Positions 9,180 to 20,188 of a stretch of DNA of 64,000 nucleotides are shown here, in pieces. Within the stretch, counting starts at the first letter, position 1; each line of letters opens with the position of its first letter. The stretch comes from Methanomassiliicoccaceae archaeon (GTDB taxonomy: Archaea > Thermoplasmatota > Thermoplasmata > Methanomassiliicoccales > Methanomassiliicoccaceae). The translations under genes were made by a program, and so were the position numbers. The stretch spans positions 160,001-224,000 of the forward strand of contig CAVSJV010000004.1 in the NCBI GenBank assembly GCA_963728405.1, read 5' to 3'. The notes under the pieces are model-generated. The model saw only the letters and a program-made list of their open reading frames with translations, ran no database searches and had not been told where the DNA came from.

Positions 9180-10886
9180 ATGAGGACCCTTTACATTCAC
9201 GCGGATTACCTGGAATACAACGTCAAGAAACCTACTCCGGTCGCCGACCAGATCACCGATCAGGAGAAGCAGGGGCGCTATGAAGAGGTCCTTGTCGCCT
9301 TCCTAACCGTTGAGAAGCAGGACGAGGAATGTTTGGAGGATGTGGCCAAGAAGGTGGTCGATGACCTCCTCCAAATATTCAAGAAGGTGGGGGCGGAGAG
9401 GATCGCCCTCTACCCCTACGCTCATCTGTCCTCCTCGCTCTCTTCTCCTGACGTTGGCAAGAAGATGCTCCGGACCATGGAGACCCTGATCCAGCAGCAA
9501 GGGATCGAGGTCCATCGGGCTCCCTTCGGATGGTACAAGGCATTCAACATTTCCTGCAAGGGCCACCCCCTGTCCGAGCTGTCGAGAGAGATAAGGATAA
9601 TCGGAAAGAAAACAGAGGTCGGACAATACGACCCCGCCGTTCTGCTCAGGCAGATATCTAAAGCAAGATTGAGCAGGGATGCCTTGAAGGAGAACGACCA
9701 CCGGATAATCGGGCAGAAACTTGACCTGTTCAGCTTTTATGACGTGGCGCCCGGGATGGTCTTCTGGCACCCGAAGGGCCTGGTCATCAGGAACGCGCTG
9801 ATCGATCTCTGGCGGCAGGAACACCGGAAAGCGGGGTACAGTGAGATCAAGACCCCACAGGTCATGAGCGACATCCTGTGGAAGGTCTCCGGCCACTGGG
9901 AGCATTATAAGGACAGCATCTTCCTCACTAACTATGATGACCGGCAATTCGTGGTCAAGCCGATGAACTGCCCGGGAGGGATCCTGGTCTTCAACAGCAG
10001 GGAGAGGAGCTACCGGGAACTGCCATTGAGGATGTCGGAGCTTGGCGAGGTCCACCGGGTCGAGCTTTCCGGGGTGTTGTCCGGCCTGTTCCGGGTCATC
10101 CAGTTCACCCAGGATGATGCCCACATCTACTGTATGGAAGAACAAATGGGGTCGGAGATCAATGGGGTCATCGACCTGGTCGACAGATTCTACAAGTTAT
10201 TTGGATTCCAGTACCGCATGGAGCTGTCCACAAAGCCGGAGAATTCCATGGGGGACCCCTTACTATGGGAAAAGGCAGAGAGCACCCTCAAGAAGGTGCT
10301 GGACGACCGGAATGTCAAGTATGAGATCAACGAGGGGGACGGCGCCTTCTACGGGCCGAAGATCGACTTCAAGATAAAGGACTCGTTGGGACGGGAGTGG
10401 CAGACCGCCACCATCCAGCTGGACTTCCAGATGCCGGAAAGATTCCAGATCAAGTACGTGGGTGATGACGGAAAGGACCATGCTCCGATCATGCTCCACA
10501 GGACAATATATGGCTCGCTAGAGCGGTTCCTCGGCATATTGCTGGAACATCTGAACGGCAATCTACCCCTATGGCTGGCTCCGGTCCAGATCCGGGTGAT
10601 CTCGTTCAAGGACAATAACGCCAAGGCGGCCGAGGCGGTCTACCAGAAGCTCTTCGACCTGGGCTACCGTGTCGAGCTGGACCTGAGCTATGGGACCGTG
10701 GAGTACAAGATCAGGGACGCGGAGATACAGAAGATACCCTACATCATCATGATAGGGGACAAAGAAGAGGTGGCCAACACCCTGGCGGTCAGGCGCCATG
10801 GGGAGAAGGCACCGAAGTTCGGGGTACTGTTCGAGGACTTCGAGAAGCAGCTGAACGAAGAATCCCGGCCGAAACTTCTTCCCTAA
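9180..10886 (+). CDS. thrS: Threonyl-tRNA synthetase (archaeal editing domain plus bacterial-type core)
   Basis: N-terminal YPYAHLS and PFGWYKAF..CKGHPLSELS; core KPMNCPG, FTQDDAH, GAFYGPKID, HRTIYGSLERF. Confidence 0.96.
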   Translation: MRTLYIHADYLEYNVKKPTPVADQITDQEKQGRYEEVLVAFLTVEKQDEECLEDVAKKVVDDLLQIFKKVGAERIALYPYAHLSSSLSSPDVGKKMLRTMETLIQQQGIEVHRAPFGWYKAFNISCKGHPLSELSREIRIIGKKTEVGQYDPAVLLRQISKARLSRDALKENDHRIIGQKLDLFSFYDVAPGMVFWHPKGLVIRNALIDLWRQEHRKAGYSEIKTPQVMSDILWKVSGHWEHYKDSIFLTNYDDRQFVVKPMNCPGGILVFNSRERSYRELPLRMSELGEVHRVELSGVLSGLFRVIQFTQDDAHIYCMEEQMGSEINGVIDLVDRFYKLFGFQYRMELSTKPENSMGDPLLWEKAESTLKKVLDDRNVKYEINEGDGAFYGPKIDFKIKDSLGREWQTATIQLDFQMPERFQIKYVGDDGKDHAPIMLHRTIYGSLERFLGILLEHLNGNLPLWLAPVQIRVISFKDNNAKAAEAVYQKLFDLGYRVELDLSYGTVEYKIRDAEIQKIPYIIMIGDKEEVANTLAVRRHGEKAPKFGVLFEDFEKQLNEESRPKLLP

Positions 10887-11056
10887 TCCCTTCCATCACG
10901 CTTGCTCACCAACGGAGAGACGGAAGAACTGGCGCGGAAGGACCCAAGGAAGTGCCCTTCACGTCCGATGTACAAGTCGCAGGGTGAGCCGCCGGGTCGC
11001 CGAGGCCGTCCTGGTGTAAGCAATCGTCTTCCCACTTACCCTACTCATTAAAATAA

Positions 11057-11495
11057 TCACTGAGGGGCGTGGCCTTGCTCCATAGAGGCAATTATTTGCT
11101 TTAATGTCGCCACCAACCCATCGAACTCATCCATGCCGATCGGCTTGATGAGGAAGTGATCGACCGAGAGCTCCATCGCCCGGGTCCGGTCGAGGGGGTG
11201 CTGGGAACCGGCAAGGATAACGACCTTCAGGGCATCTTTCGAGCACGAGCTCCTGATGAACTTGAGGACCTCCAGGCCGTCCCGCTTGGGGAGCTTCAGG
11301 TCGAGCACCACGAGCATCGGTGTGAAGGACATGTCCTTCAGCCGGTCCTGTATGATTTCGATTGCTCTCTCGCCATCCCCAGCGACCTTAACTCGGACGT
11401 CGCATTCCAGTTTCTGCGATGATCTCCTGGGTCAGAGCGGCATCGGCCGGATTATCCTCCACCAGGATCATTTCCACGATCGGCAGATCAATCAC
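11057..11495 (-). CDS. Single-domain response regulator (Rcp1-like), one frameshift near 11400
   Basis: [10 protein letters not shown] in one frame; [17 protein letters not shown] and FLIKP in another. Confidence 0.8.
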
Positions 11496-13148
11496 TCCCC
11501 CCCTTCGGCAGAGTGAACAGGAAGTTCGCTCCCTTTCCTTCCACCGATTCGACCCAGAATCCGACCCCCCTGCTGCTCGACGATCTTCTTGCAGATGGCC
11601 AGCCCAATGCCCGTTCCGGGGAACTCGTCCACCGTATGCAGACGTTGGAACACCTCGAAGATCCTCTCGGAATACTTTGGATTTCAATCCCGATGCCGTT
11701 GTCCCGAACGCTGAAGACCCACTCCTTGCCTTCTTCCCGGACCGAGATATCAACGCGAGGCGGCTGGGACCCATGGAACTTTATGGCGTTGCCGATGAGG
11801 TTCTGCAGGAGCTGGACCATCTGGCGCCGGTCGGCCATTACTAGTGGTGAGGTACCCGAAGACGATCATCGCCTTGTTCTCGTCAATGGAAGCTTTGAGG
11901 ACTAGTTTTACTTCATTTACCAATTGGCCCATATCCAGCGGGGCGAGCCTGGTCCCTCGGCTGTTGACCCTCGAGTATTCCAGGAGACCATTGATCAACT
12001 CCCTCATCCGGTCGGAGCCTTGTATGGCGAAGCCTATGTACTCTTTGGCTTTCGGGTCGAGCTGGCCACCACACCTCTTCTCCAGTAGACCTAGGTAGGC
12101 GGAGACCATTCTCAAGGGCTCCTGCAGGTCATGCGACGCAACGTAGGCGAACTGTTGCAGCTCGGCGTTCGAACGCGTCAGCTCCTTGGCGTTCTGAACT
12201 AGTTCCTTCTCCGCCTCTTTGATGGAGGTTATGTCCTGCAGGACCATCACGCCACCGAGCACCCGCCACTGCGGGTCGATGATCGGCGCCGAAGAGACCG
12301 TAAGGGTGATGCTGACCCCTCCGGGCTGCACCAGGTCGATGATGTCTCCGATGATGGTCTTGCCCAGGGCGATGGTCCGATGAAGGGGCCAATCTTCCCT
12401 CAGTAGGGGATCCCCGGTCTGATGGTCCCACGCTGGTACTTTCTCCAGCTTCGCGGGCTGGAACAACTGTGGAGCTCTTACCCGAACAACATCAAACGGG
12501 CCATCAGATTGGTCTCGGTCACCCGCGCCTCCTGATCCGCCAGGACCACACCTACGGGCAGCGAGTCCAATATGGTCGAGAAAAGGAGATGCTCTTGGTC
12601 AGTGCTCTTCTTGACCCGAGAGAAACTGACCTCCAGGTCCCGGTTCCGTTCCCATACCGACCGATACATCATTGCCAGGGAGAGTATGCCGGCGAACCCT
12701 TCCAGGGTCCTCAGTTCATGTTCCAAAGGTTCTTCGGCCCTGGGCTTCAGCAACCCCAGGATCCCGTTCTTCTGACCTCTGCTCCGAACCTGGACCAGCA
12801 CTTACCTCAGCCCTCCGTCCCCTTCCTCCAAGTGGCCGGCATGGGAGGGTTCCTTCACAAAAAGGTGGCAGATCTCTTCGAGCCGTCGATGGCTTCCGAC
12901 ATAGCTTCCCGGAGGTATCTGACCACATATTCCCCCTCCTCGATGGGCGCGAGGAAAACGGCACTCCCAGCCAGCTCGTCGATTATGCTTTCCAGGACCG
13001 AAGAAATGACTTGTTCAGGGCCGTCGGCATTAGAGAGACCTGTGGCCATCCGTATGCAGCCCTTATGCTGATGATATCGGCCATCCCCACCGGACGGAGC
13101 GTCAGAAATTCTCAACAATCCCCCATCTTTGTCTTCCACCGGCCCCAT
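11488..13148 (-). CDS. GAF/PAS sensor histidine kinase, split by several frameshifts
   Basis: H-box [21 protein letters not shown]-box [21 protein letters not shown]-like segments; pieces at 12855-13148, 12478-12801, 11750-12466 and 11488-11838. Confidence 0.82.
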
Positions 13149-13370
13149 CTTCCCCTAGCAGACCTTAGCAGCTCATAGCGCCCGTTCCTAACTTCCTATC
13201 GCCCTCATGAGAACGGTCGCAGGAGCAGATTGGGCCCATTGACCATTAAATCATCCCTGATGTAGGCCTCGTCCTCGGGGAAGTGCTATGCAAGGGAGGC
13301 GCTATTGAGGATCCCGATCTCCCACCTGGTCATCGAACAAAGGCTGGTCCTTTCTCGCCGAGCCATACGC

Positions 13371-15072
13371 TCAGTCCATCCTTTTTGGCCGCTGAAACTC
13401 CATGACGAACGATGCGGGGTCATCGATCTCCCACATATCCACACCGGCCAGCTCGAACCGCCGTTTGTGAGCCCTCTCCCTTTCTGGCCTCAGCACCTTT
13501 CTCCCGACATCACCAGCAACGGTCAAGAACGGCCTGATGCCTCCGCGGACCGTCAACGATATTCTTCTGGTCTCCACACCGACAAACTCCTCCAGGAGGC
13601 CGCACAAGGCATCTATGAAGCGACCTTCATCGACTAGGACCAGTTCTCCTTCGTCCGTCCCTTGGACATCGAAGGTCATTTCATCATAGACGGGGAGATG
13701 GGCGATCCGCCTGGCAAGCGCGGCCAGATAGGCCTGATCATCTCCCAAGGCATCAAATATCTCATCCTCGGAAGGCGGTGCCGATGCCAGGGTCTCTATC
13801 GTCCGATCCACCAGCCCGTCGAGCCGGCTGGGCACCAACTCGATGGAGAACTCCAAGCCCTTTATAGCATTGGTAAAATCTCCAAGGAGACGGGAGGTCC
13901 GTCGGAGAATTGAGGCATCCATTAGCTCTTCGAGTTGGGTGCCGGAGAACAGACGTTCGATCGACTGGATGGTCTGGATCGCTTTGAGGACGACCTGAAT
14001 CTGGACCTTATGACCTCCCCTGAACTCCTCGACGAATCGGTGGAAGCTTGCCAGAAGTTCATCGATCCGGTCGACCTGTACACATTCCATGCACCGACGA
14101 GCCTCTTCGGACTCCTCCAGCTCTTCCAGGAAGAAGGAGAGATAGTATAGTCGGCCGGCCAGAATGGAGAACGCTTCGTTCGCCTCCAATAGGATGTCCA
14201 GAGCATAGTCTGAGGTGAAACGCACACGGTCCATGTCGTAAGTGTGTATCGAACCCAGTTCGCCAACCCTCTGCAACATGCCCTCCAGTATCGCCTGGGC
14301 CGTAGTATCTGTCGACCGGTCGACCGTGACCGGGGCAGCATATTTCGATGTCCCTGGTCCTGAGCAGCCAGAGGACGTTCTTGATCGAAGTGACGAGATG
14401 ATCGCGGTTCCAGCCCACCTGACCCGCTATCCCGGGGTCTGCAGCGAACAGCAGGTCACCAGTGAAAAGAAGGCCTCCAACTAGATAGCAGACGCTGTCC
14501 GGACTGTGACCAGGGGTGTGGAATACCTCCATCGTTCCGCCGTTCAGCGGGATCACCTGCCGTTCCACGGTCAGACCGCCCTCTGTCGCGATCACTTCCA
14601 TCTTCGTACCCAACGACACCTCCCCGGTGAGGTCGCTCTCTCCTTCGGGCAACAGAGGAGAGTAATGGACCTCCAAGAACGAAGGCGGAAAGGTCCATCC
14701 CATGATCCGGGCCTGGGTGAGGTCAGCATCGAGGCTTTTCAGTGCGTTGGCCCCCACCTGCTGGACGACGAGCCTTACCGGCCCCTGTCCGCTCTCTCGG
14801 TAGGCAGAAGCTATCTGGAAAGAATGGTCCACATGGCAATGGGTCAGGTAGAAGGTCGTTTCCAAGCCCATCGCCGACCCTTCCCGCACCAACTGAAGGA
14901 TGCGGGCCATTTGGTCAGCGTCTGCGCCTGGATCGATTATTACTTGGTCTGATCGAGTGCGGAGGACATAGGCATTGCAGGACATGATGTCCGGTTTCCT
15001 GATAAAAGGAAAGATCTCACCCGCTTCGAGACCGGTGATCGGCTGCCACTTGGCATTGTCCAGGCTTGCCAT
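13371..15072 (-). CDS. Metallo-beta-lactamase-fold hydrolase fused to a degenerate kinase/HATPase-like C-terminal region (frameshift near 14310)
   Basis: THCHVDH, HTPGHSPDS, FTGD, CPGHG; the reading frame continues into ORF 13371-14279 (helical region then VLVDEGRFIDALCGLLE). Confidence 0.75.
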
Positions 15073-15075
15073 GGA

Positions 15076-15405
15076 TCAGCCCGCCAATGCTTCCTGCTCT
15101 GTCCCGTAGATATTGAAGATGCTCGTGAAACCGGCCAGCTTGAACACCTTGAGCACGCCGGGCGAGAGGCAACAAAGCTTGAGGGACCCGCCATCCTTAC
15201 GCAGTTCCTTCAACGTGCCCAGGAAGACCCTTAACCCCCCGCTGCTGATGTAATCGGTATCCTTTAGATTGATCAGTATATTGCGGTGACCTTCGCCGAT
15301 AGCCTTCTTGAGACAGTCCTCCAGGGTCTTGGCCGAGTAGGCGTCAATCCGGCCTACGGTGTTAACTAATCTTGTCCCATTGCTCATGCTTTCATTGATA
15401 TCCAA
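15076..15405 (-). CDS. STAS-domain anti-anti-sigma factor (RsbV/SpoIIAA-like)
   Basis: GRIDAYSA, YISSGGLRVF with the phospho-acceptor Ser, VFKLAGF; TTG start behind a GAGGTGA RBS. Confidence 0.92.
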   Translation of the reverse strand: MDINESMSNGTRLVNTVGRIDAYSAKTLEDCLKKAIGEGHRNILINLKDTDYISSGGLRVFLGTLKELRKDGGSLKLCCLSPGVLKVFKLAGFTSIFNIYGTEQEALAG

Positions 15406-15406
15406 T

Positions 15407-15856
15407 TCAGTCACCTCTAATCTCTGGCTTCTCAGGGCCACCCTGGCCATGGGTGCTCATGATCAATGTGAGCACATTCTTTCCTTCCTCGCGCCGGTAG
15501 CGGACCTCATCCACTAGGTTCATCATAAGATGAACGCCCAGGCCGCCCACTTCCCGGTCCTTCGATTCAGCCTCCAGGTCCGGCGGGGGCACGCTTCGCG
15601 GGTCGAACGGCCGCCCCTCATCCACCATGGTCAAATAGATCAGGCCAGGCTCGATATTGACACTCACCCCGACCGTGCCTCTGCGCTCGTAGGCGTGCTT
15701 GAGGATATTGGTGAAGGCTTCCTCTGCCGCTACCAGGAGGTCCGTCTTCGTTTCCTCATTCATGAAGGAGCCCATGACCGAACCCTCGACAAATTCAAGG
15801 AACTCAGCGAGCCGGCTGAGGTCGGCCTCGAAGCAGTCTTGGCTAAAAGAGCTCAA
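15407..15856 (-). CDS. RsbW/SpoIIAB-like Ser/Thr kinase (HATPase_c_2)
   Basis: EEAFTNILKHAY, DEGRPFDP, GGLGVHLMMNLVDEVRY. Confidence 0.92.
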   Translation of the reverse strand: MSSFSQDCFEADLSRLAEFLEFVEGSVMGSFMNEETKTDLLVAAEEAFTNILKHAYERRGTVGVSVNIEPGLIYLTMVDEGRPFDPRSVPPPDLEAESKDREVGGLGVHLMMNLVDEVRYRREEGKNVLTLIMSTHGQGGPEKPEIRGD

Positions 15857-17223
15857 GGGCTGACCCCCACCTTGAGCGCCATGAGGGTGATGTCGTCATA
15901 TTGGGCGGCCCCTTTGGCAAAGTCGAGGACGTCCTCTTTTATTCCCTCCACGATGCCCTGGGCCGGTGAGGTCGAGAGCCTGGCCAGCGCAGCCCTGAGC
16001 CTATCCTCGCCGTACAGCTCCCCGGACGGATCGTTGGCCTCGGTGACGCCATCGGTGTAGAATAGTATGATGTCCCCGGCGCTCAGTGAGAGAGCCTTTT
16101 CTTCCGAGACAGCATCGTCCGTCGCCCCCAGGGCGATCCCTTCTCCCTCCAACTCAGTGAACGCCTCCTTCCTCAGAAGCAGAGGAGGGTTGTGTCCGGC
16201 ATTGGCATAGGTGAAGCGGCCGCTGGAGTGGTCGAGGATCGCATAGAACAGGGTAACGAACATGCCCGATTCCGAGGTCTCGGCGATAAGGCGGTTGGCA
16301 TCGGCCACCGCTCGAGCGGGACCGGAGGCCTGGGAGGAGGTCGCCCGGAGCACAGTGCGGGACAGGGCCATGTAGATCGCGCCAGGAACCCCTTTTCCTG
16401 GACGTCGGCGATGACCAGGCCAGACCGCCCGTCCCCCAGGTCTATGAAGTCATAGAAGTCCCCACCGACCTCCTTGGCCGGAACATTGAGAGCAAAGAGA
16501 TCGAACCCGTCGACGGATGGCCCCTTCTTCGGCAGGAAGCTCTGCTGGATGCCCTTAGCGATCTCCAGCTCGAACTTCTCCTTCTCCAGAGTATCGTGGA
16601 AGCGGTCACGCTCCTCCTTGGTGGAGCGCTCCATGATGAGGTTGTTGATTATGTACGCGAAGATGAGCATACCTATGGCATTGACCATGATCATGGGCGG
16701 TCCGACCCGCTCCACTACTGCCGCCGCGTATGGATAGGGACTTACGATCATCAAGGTCAGACCCATGTGGAGGGCTTCCTGCAATGTAGCAAAGGCTACG
16801 GCCACCAGGACGCCTGCGAACTTCTTACCGGCCAGGTACCAGATTAGGCTGCCGAACAGTCCAGACAGCATTGTGGCCAGGGAACAGGACACCGTGGTCT
16901 CTCCACCCACGAAGATGAGACGATGAAGGCCCCCCATCAGGCCTGCGCCGATACCGACCACAGGGCCGCCGACCAGCCCGCCGATCATCGGGCCGAGGTC
17001 CCGGACAGTTGACCTTGACCCCCAGCATGTCGATGCCTGCGTAGGTGCCGAATATCGAGAGAAGGCCGAAGGCTACCAGCAGGAACGCCTGGTTCTTCCA
17101 ATAGAGCTTACCCTCGAGAGCATCGTTGAACAACCTGGTCCGGGTTATCACATAGGCCACCACGATGACCACGCACATTATCTCGGTCAACGAGATCAGC
17201 AGATCGATAGTTATCGTGTCCAT
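15853..17223 (-). CDS. 5TM-5TMR_LYT sensor fused to a SpoIIE/RsbU PP2C phosphatase (frameshifts near 17005 and 16400)
   Basis: GLVGGPVVGIGAGLMGGLHR sensor motif; IQQSFLP, EVGGDFYD, ADV(S)GKG, NAGHNPP, YTDGVTEA, DDIT. Confidence 0.88.
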
Positions 17224-17254
17224 GTGGTCCAGCTCCAGGATGTATGGCGTAGGT

Positions 17255-17887
17255 TCAAGTGGGGAGCCCGTCGTGCTCCTTCTTGGCGGTGCGTTCCTTA
17301 CTCGATCTCTTGATGATGTATGCGAAAACGAACATGCCCACCGAGTTGAACACGATCATAGAGGGACCGACGCTCTCGACCACCGAAACAGCATAAGAGA
17401 ATGGCTGGGCGATCAGTAGGATCAGGGCCATGTGGAAAACTTCTTGCAGCGCCGCAAAGGCCACCGCCACCGGAATGCCAATGAACCTCTTCCCAGCAAG
17501 ATACCAGATGACGCCGCCGAAGAGACCGGCCAATACGGTCGCCAATGAACAGGAGACGGTCGTATCTCCACCCACGAAGAGGAGCCTGTGCAGCCCTCCT
17601 ATCAAACCCGCCCCGATGCCCGCCACCGGGCCGCCCACCAGGCCAGCGATCATCGGGCCCAGGTCGCGAAAATTGATCTTGGCGTCCATGGCATCGACGC
17701 TTGCGTAAGTGCCAAGAATCGAAACGAGGCCGAAGGTGAGGATCAGGAATGCCTGGCTTTTCCAGTTCAGCTTGCCTTCCAGGGCGTCGTTGAACAACTT
17801 GGTTCGGGTGACCAGATATGCTACCACAATAATGGCCAGGACGACTACAGTAAGCGATATCAGTAGATTGATAATATTATTGTCCAT
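17255..17887 (-). CDS. Stand-alone 5TM-5TMR_LYT (LytS/YhcK-type) membrane sensor
   Basis: NFRDLGPMIAGLVGGPVAGIGAGLIGGLHR; close paralogue of the N-terminus of the next gene. Confidence 0.85.
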   Translation of the reverse strand: MDNNIINLLISLTVVVLAIIVVAYLVTRTKLFNDALEGKLNWKSQAFLILTFGLVSILGTYASVDAMDAKINFRDLGPMIAGLVGGPVAGIGAGLIGGLHRLLFVGGDTTVSCSLATVLAGLFGGVIWYLAGKRFIGIPVAVAFAALQEVFHMALILLIAQPFSYAVSVVESVGPSMIVFNSVGMFVFAYIIKRSSKERTAKKEHDGLPT

Positions 17888-17943
17888 TCTTCAGGCTCCC
17901 AGGATAATAATTGATCTTCGAACGAGCGAAGCAGCCACAACGG

Positions 17944-18804
17944 TCACCCTAGCTCCAGACTGGTTACTCCGAACACTTTATTCAAAGGTGTCGGTGGCGC
18001 TTGCTTGGTGTAGATACGGGCGGTCCGGAAGACCTCGATCATGCGTAGATCCTGTACGAGGACCATCCCCTCCGCGTTGGGCTGGGGCACGTCCAGGAAG
18101 TACGGCTCCCCAGGGACCGTTGCTATGAGGCCACGGAGCACTTTTTCAGCGGTCCGGCGGTCCTCGGCGAACAACGGGCCCACCTTATGGCCGGTCCGGC
18201 AGCGTCGTATCGTCCCATAGCCAGAGATCTCTCCATCCTTCAACACCGACAGAGAGGTCTGGTCGGGCTGGGCTAGAAAGGCCTTCAGGAAGACGTTGCG
18301 AGGGGCCCGGAAGATCGTACGGTCGTAATGGACCAGATCCTCGAACGGCAGCTCGGAAGCGCCTACGAGATCGTTAGGCGCCTCTCCCCCTCCCCAGCCC
18401 TGGAAACGATGATTCCAGTATGTGAAATGGAACCCATTCTTCTCGTACGTCGGTACCATGGCCACCACGCCGTCCGCGCCGATGTTTCGACATCGACCTT
18501 GGGAGAGCAAGTGCTCGATCATCCGTGCCCCTATACCCTGCCCCCTCAGGTCCTTGCGGACGATGAGAAGCCCGGCGAAGCTCAGATCGCCTGGATACTT
18601 TACCAGGGACGCGGATGCTACCATCTCTCCCGCGATCTCGCCGGTGAAGAAGCCGCCGGGGTCGGAAGTGAAGAAAGCTTCGGCATCATGGAGGCCAGGG
18701 TTCCATCCCTCGCGGTCGGCCCAATCCATGGTCAGGTCGACCTCTTCCCTGGTCATGTTCCTAATGGTCAACGGCGCATTGGGATGGTACATCATTTTCG
18801 ACAA
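17944..18804 (-). CDS. GNAT N-acetyltransferase (YitH-like)
   Basis: EGWNPG, LRGQGIG, KVGPLFA, VFGVTSLELG. Confidence 0.88.
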   Translation of the reverse strand: MSKMMYHPNAPLTIRNMTREEVDLTMDWADREGWNPGLHDAEAFFTSDPGGFFTGEIAGEMVASASLVKYPGDLSFAGLLIVRKDLRGQGIGARMIEHLLSQGRCRNIGADGVVAMVPTYEKNGFHFTYWNHRFQGWGGGEAPNDLVGASELPFEDLVHYDRTIFRAPRNVFLKAFLAQPDQTSLSVLKDGEISGYGTIRRCRTGHKVGPLFAEDRRTAEKVLRGLIATVPGEPYFLDVPQPNAEGMVLVQDLRMIEVFRTARIYTKQAPPTPLNKVFGVTSLELG

Positions 18805-18904
18805 TTATCAACGGATTGAGATTAAGAAGGTTGTTCTTTGAATGGAGGTCTGTGATAATCAGCACTTTTTTATCTGATGGCCTGAGCATTACTCCTTGCA
18901 GATC

Positions 18905-20188
18905 ATGAGGCGGACCCTCGAGGAAATCAATGGTCGGATCGCCCAAGGCGAGGCGGTCGTTCTGACCGCAGCAGAGATAGAGGTATTGTTGTCCGAGGGC
19001 CGGGAACGAGAAGTGAATGAAGTGGACGTGGTGACCACTGGCACCATGGGACTTATGAGCGGCACCTATGCCGTCATATCATTCCCCCTCTCCCCGCCAG
19101 GAGAGCATCGACGATTTGTACACGCCTCGATCAACGGAATACCTCTGGTGATCGGCCCATGCCCGAACGAGGGGCTGGGGGTGATCGACGCAATGGTGTT
19201 CGGCACCGCCAAGAGCACCACCTGTCCAGCCTATGGGGCTGGCCATCTGTTCCGGGAGTTGTTGGAGGGGAGGCCAACCGATGTCGAGGCCATCTCGGAA
19301 CATGGTGTCACAGTACGCTCCACCATCCGCTTGGACGATATGCCAACGGCCAAATTGATGAGCACTAGGAACCTGTTCCGCAACTACCGGGCCATGGTCA
19401 ATCCGTCAGATATGGCGATGCCATCGATCTTCCATAGCCGGCCCTTCCCTCCCCGATTCGCCGGTCTGACCTTTTCAGGCTGTGGCCACATAAGCCCCCT
19501 TCAGAATGACCCCCAGCTTCGGACGGTAGGGATCGGCACGAAGGTCCTGTTCAATGGCGGAGAAGGCTATGTCATCGGGGCGGGCACGAGAAGCTCGCCC
19601 TCTGACCCGAACCTGATGACCATCGCTGACATGAAGAGCATGGACCCCTATTTGACCGGCGGGTTCATGACCGGCGCGGGGCCGGAATGCATCTGCTCCT
19701 ATGCCGTCCCCATCCCCGTGCTGGACAGCTCCCTCCTGGCGAGCGTCCAGACCAGGGACCGAGATATCCCCCTTCCTGTGGTGGACGTGAGAGACCGCAC
19801 CATGATCACCATGGCCGATTATGGCCAGGTCTGGTCAGGAAGGAGTACAGAGGTAGAGACCAGAACGATCGACTGCCTGGGTTGTGATCCCTGTTCTGCA
19901 GCTGTCGCCTGCCCAGCAGGGGCGATCTCCCCGACCCCGGATGGACCGCGTATCGACAGGATAAGATGTTTCAACTGCGGCACCTGCTCGACCTCCTGTC
20001 AAGGCGCATGCTTCTCCGCAGATTTGGGTCGAGTCATGATCGAGGTGCGCGGAAAGAGATTCGATGTGCCAGTGGTTTGCCGGCAATCGAACCGTAAGGC
20101 CGCGATCAGGACTGCCGAGGACCTTAAACGCCGGGTGCTCGACGGCAGCTTTGTCATCACCGGGAAGGTTGCCGACATTCGGCCATGA
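18905..20188 (+). CDS. Methanogenesis marker 16 metalloprotein (DUF39 + ferredoxin; proposed CoM synthase ComF)
   Basis: VDVVTTGTMGLMSGT, GPCPNE, QNDP..IGIGTKVLFNG, two CxxCxxCxxxC clusters, VVCRQS; adjacent to comDE. Confidence 0.85.
   Translation: MRRTLEEINGRIAQGEAVVLTAAEIEVLLSEGREREVNEVDVVTTGTMGLMSGTYAVISFPLSPPGEHRRFVHASINGIPLVIGPCPNEGLGVIDAMVFGTAKSTTCPAYGAGHLFRELLEGRPTDVEAISEHGVTVRSTIRLDDMPTAKLMSTRNLFRNYRAMVNPSDMAMPSIFHSRPFPPRFAGLTFSGCGHISPLQNDPQLRTVGIGTKVLFNGGEGYVIGAGTRSSPSDPNLMTIADMKSMDPYLTGGFMTGAGPECICSYAVPIPVLDSSLLASVQTRDRDIPLPVVDVRDRTMITMADYGQVWSGRSTEVETRTIDCLGCDPCSAAVACPAGAISPTPDGPRIDRIRCFNCGTCSTSCQGACFSADLGRVMIEVRGKRFDVPVVCRQSNRKAAIRTAEDLKRRVLDGSFVITGKVADIRP

Noticed and set aside
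10887-11056. Possible 46-aa minus-strand ORF after thrS
   Set aside because: No motif, weak start signal, composition unconvincing.
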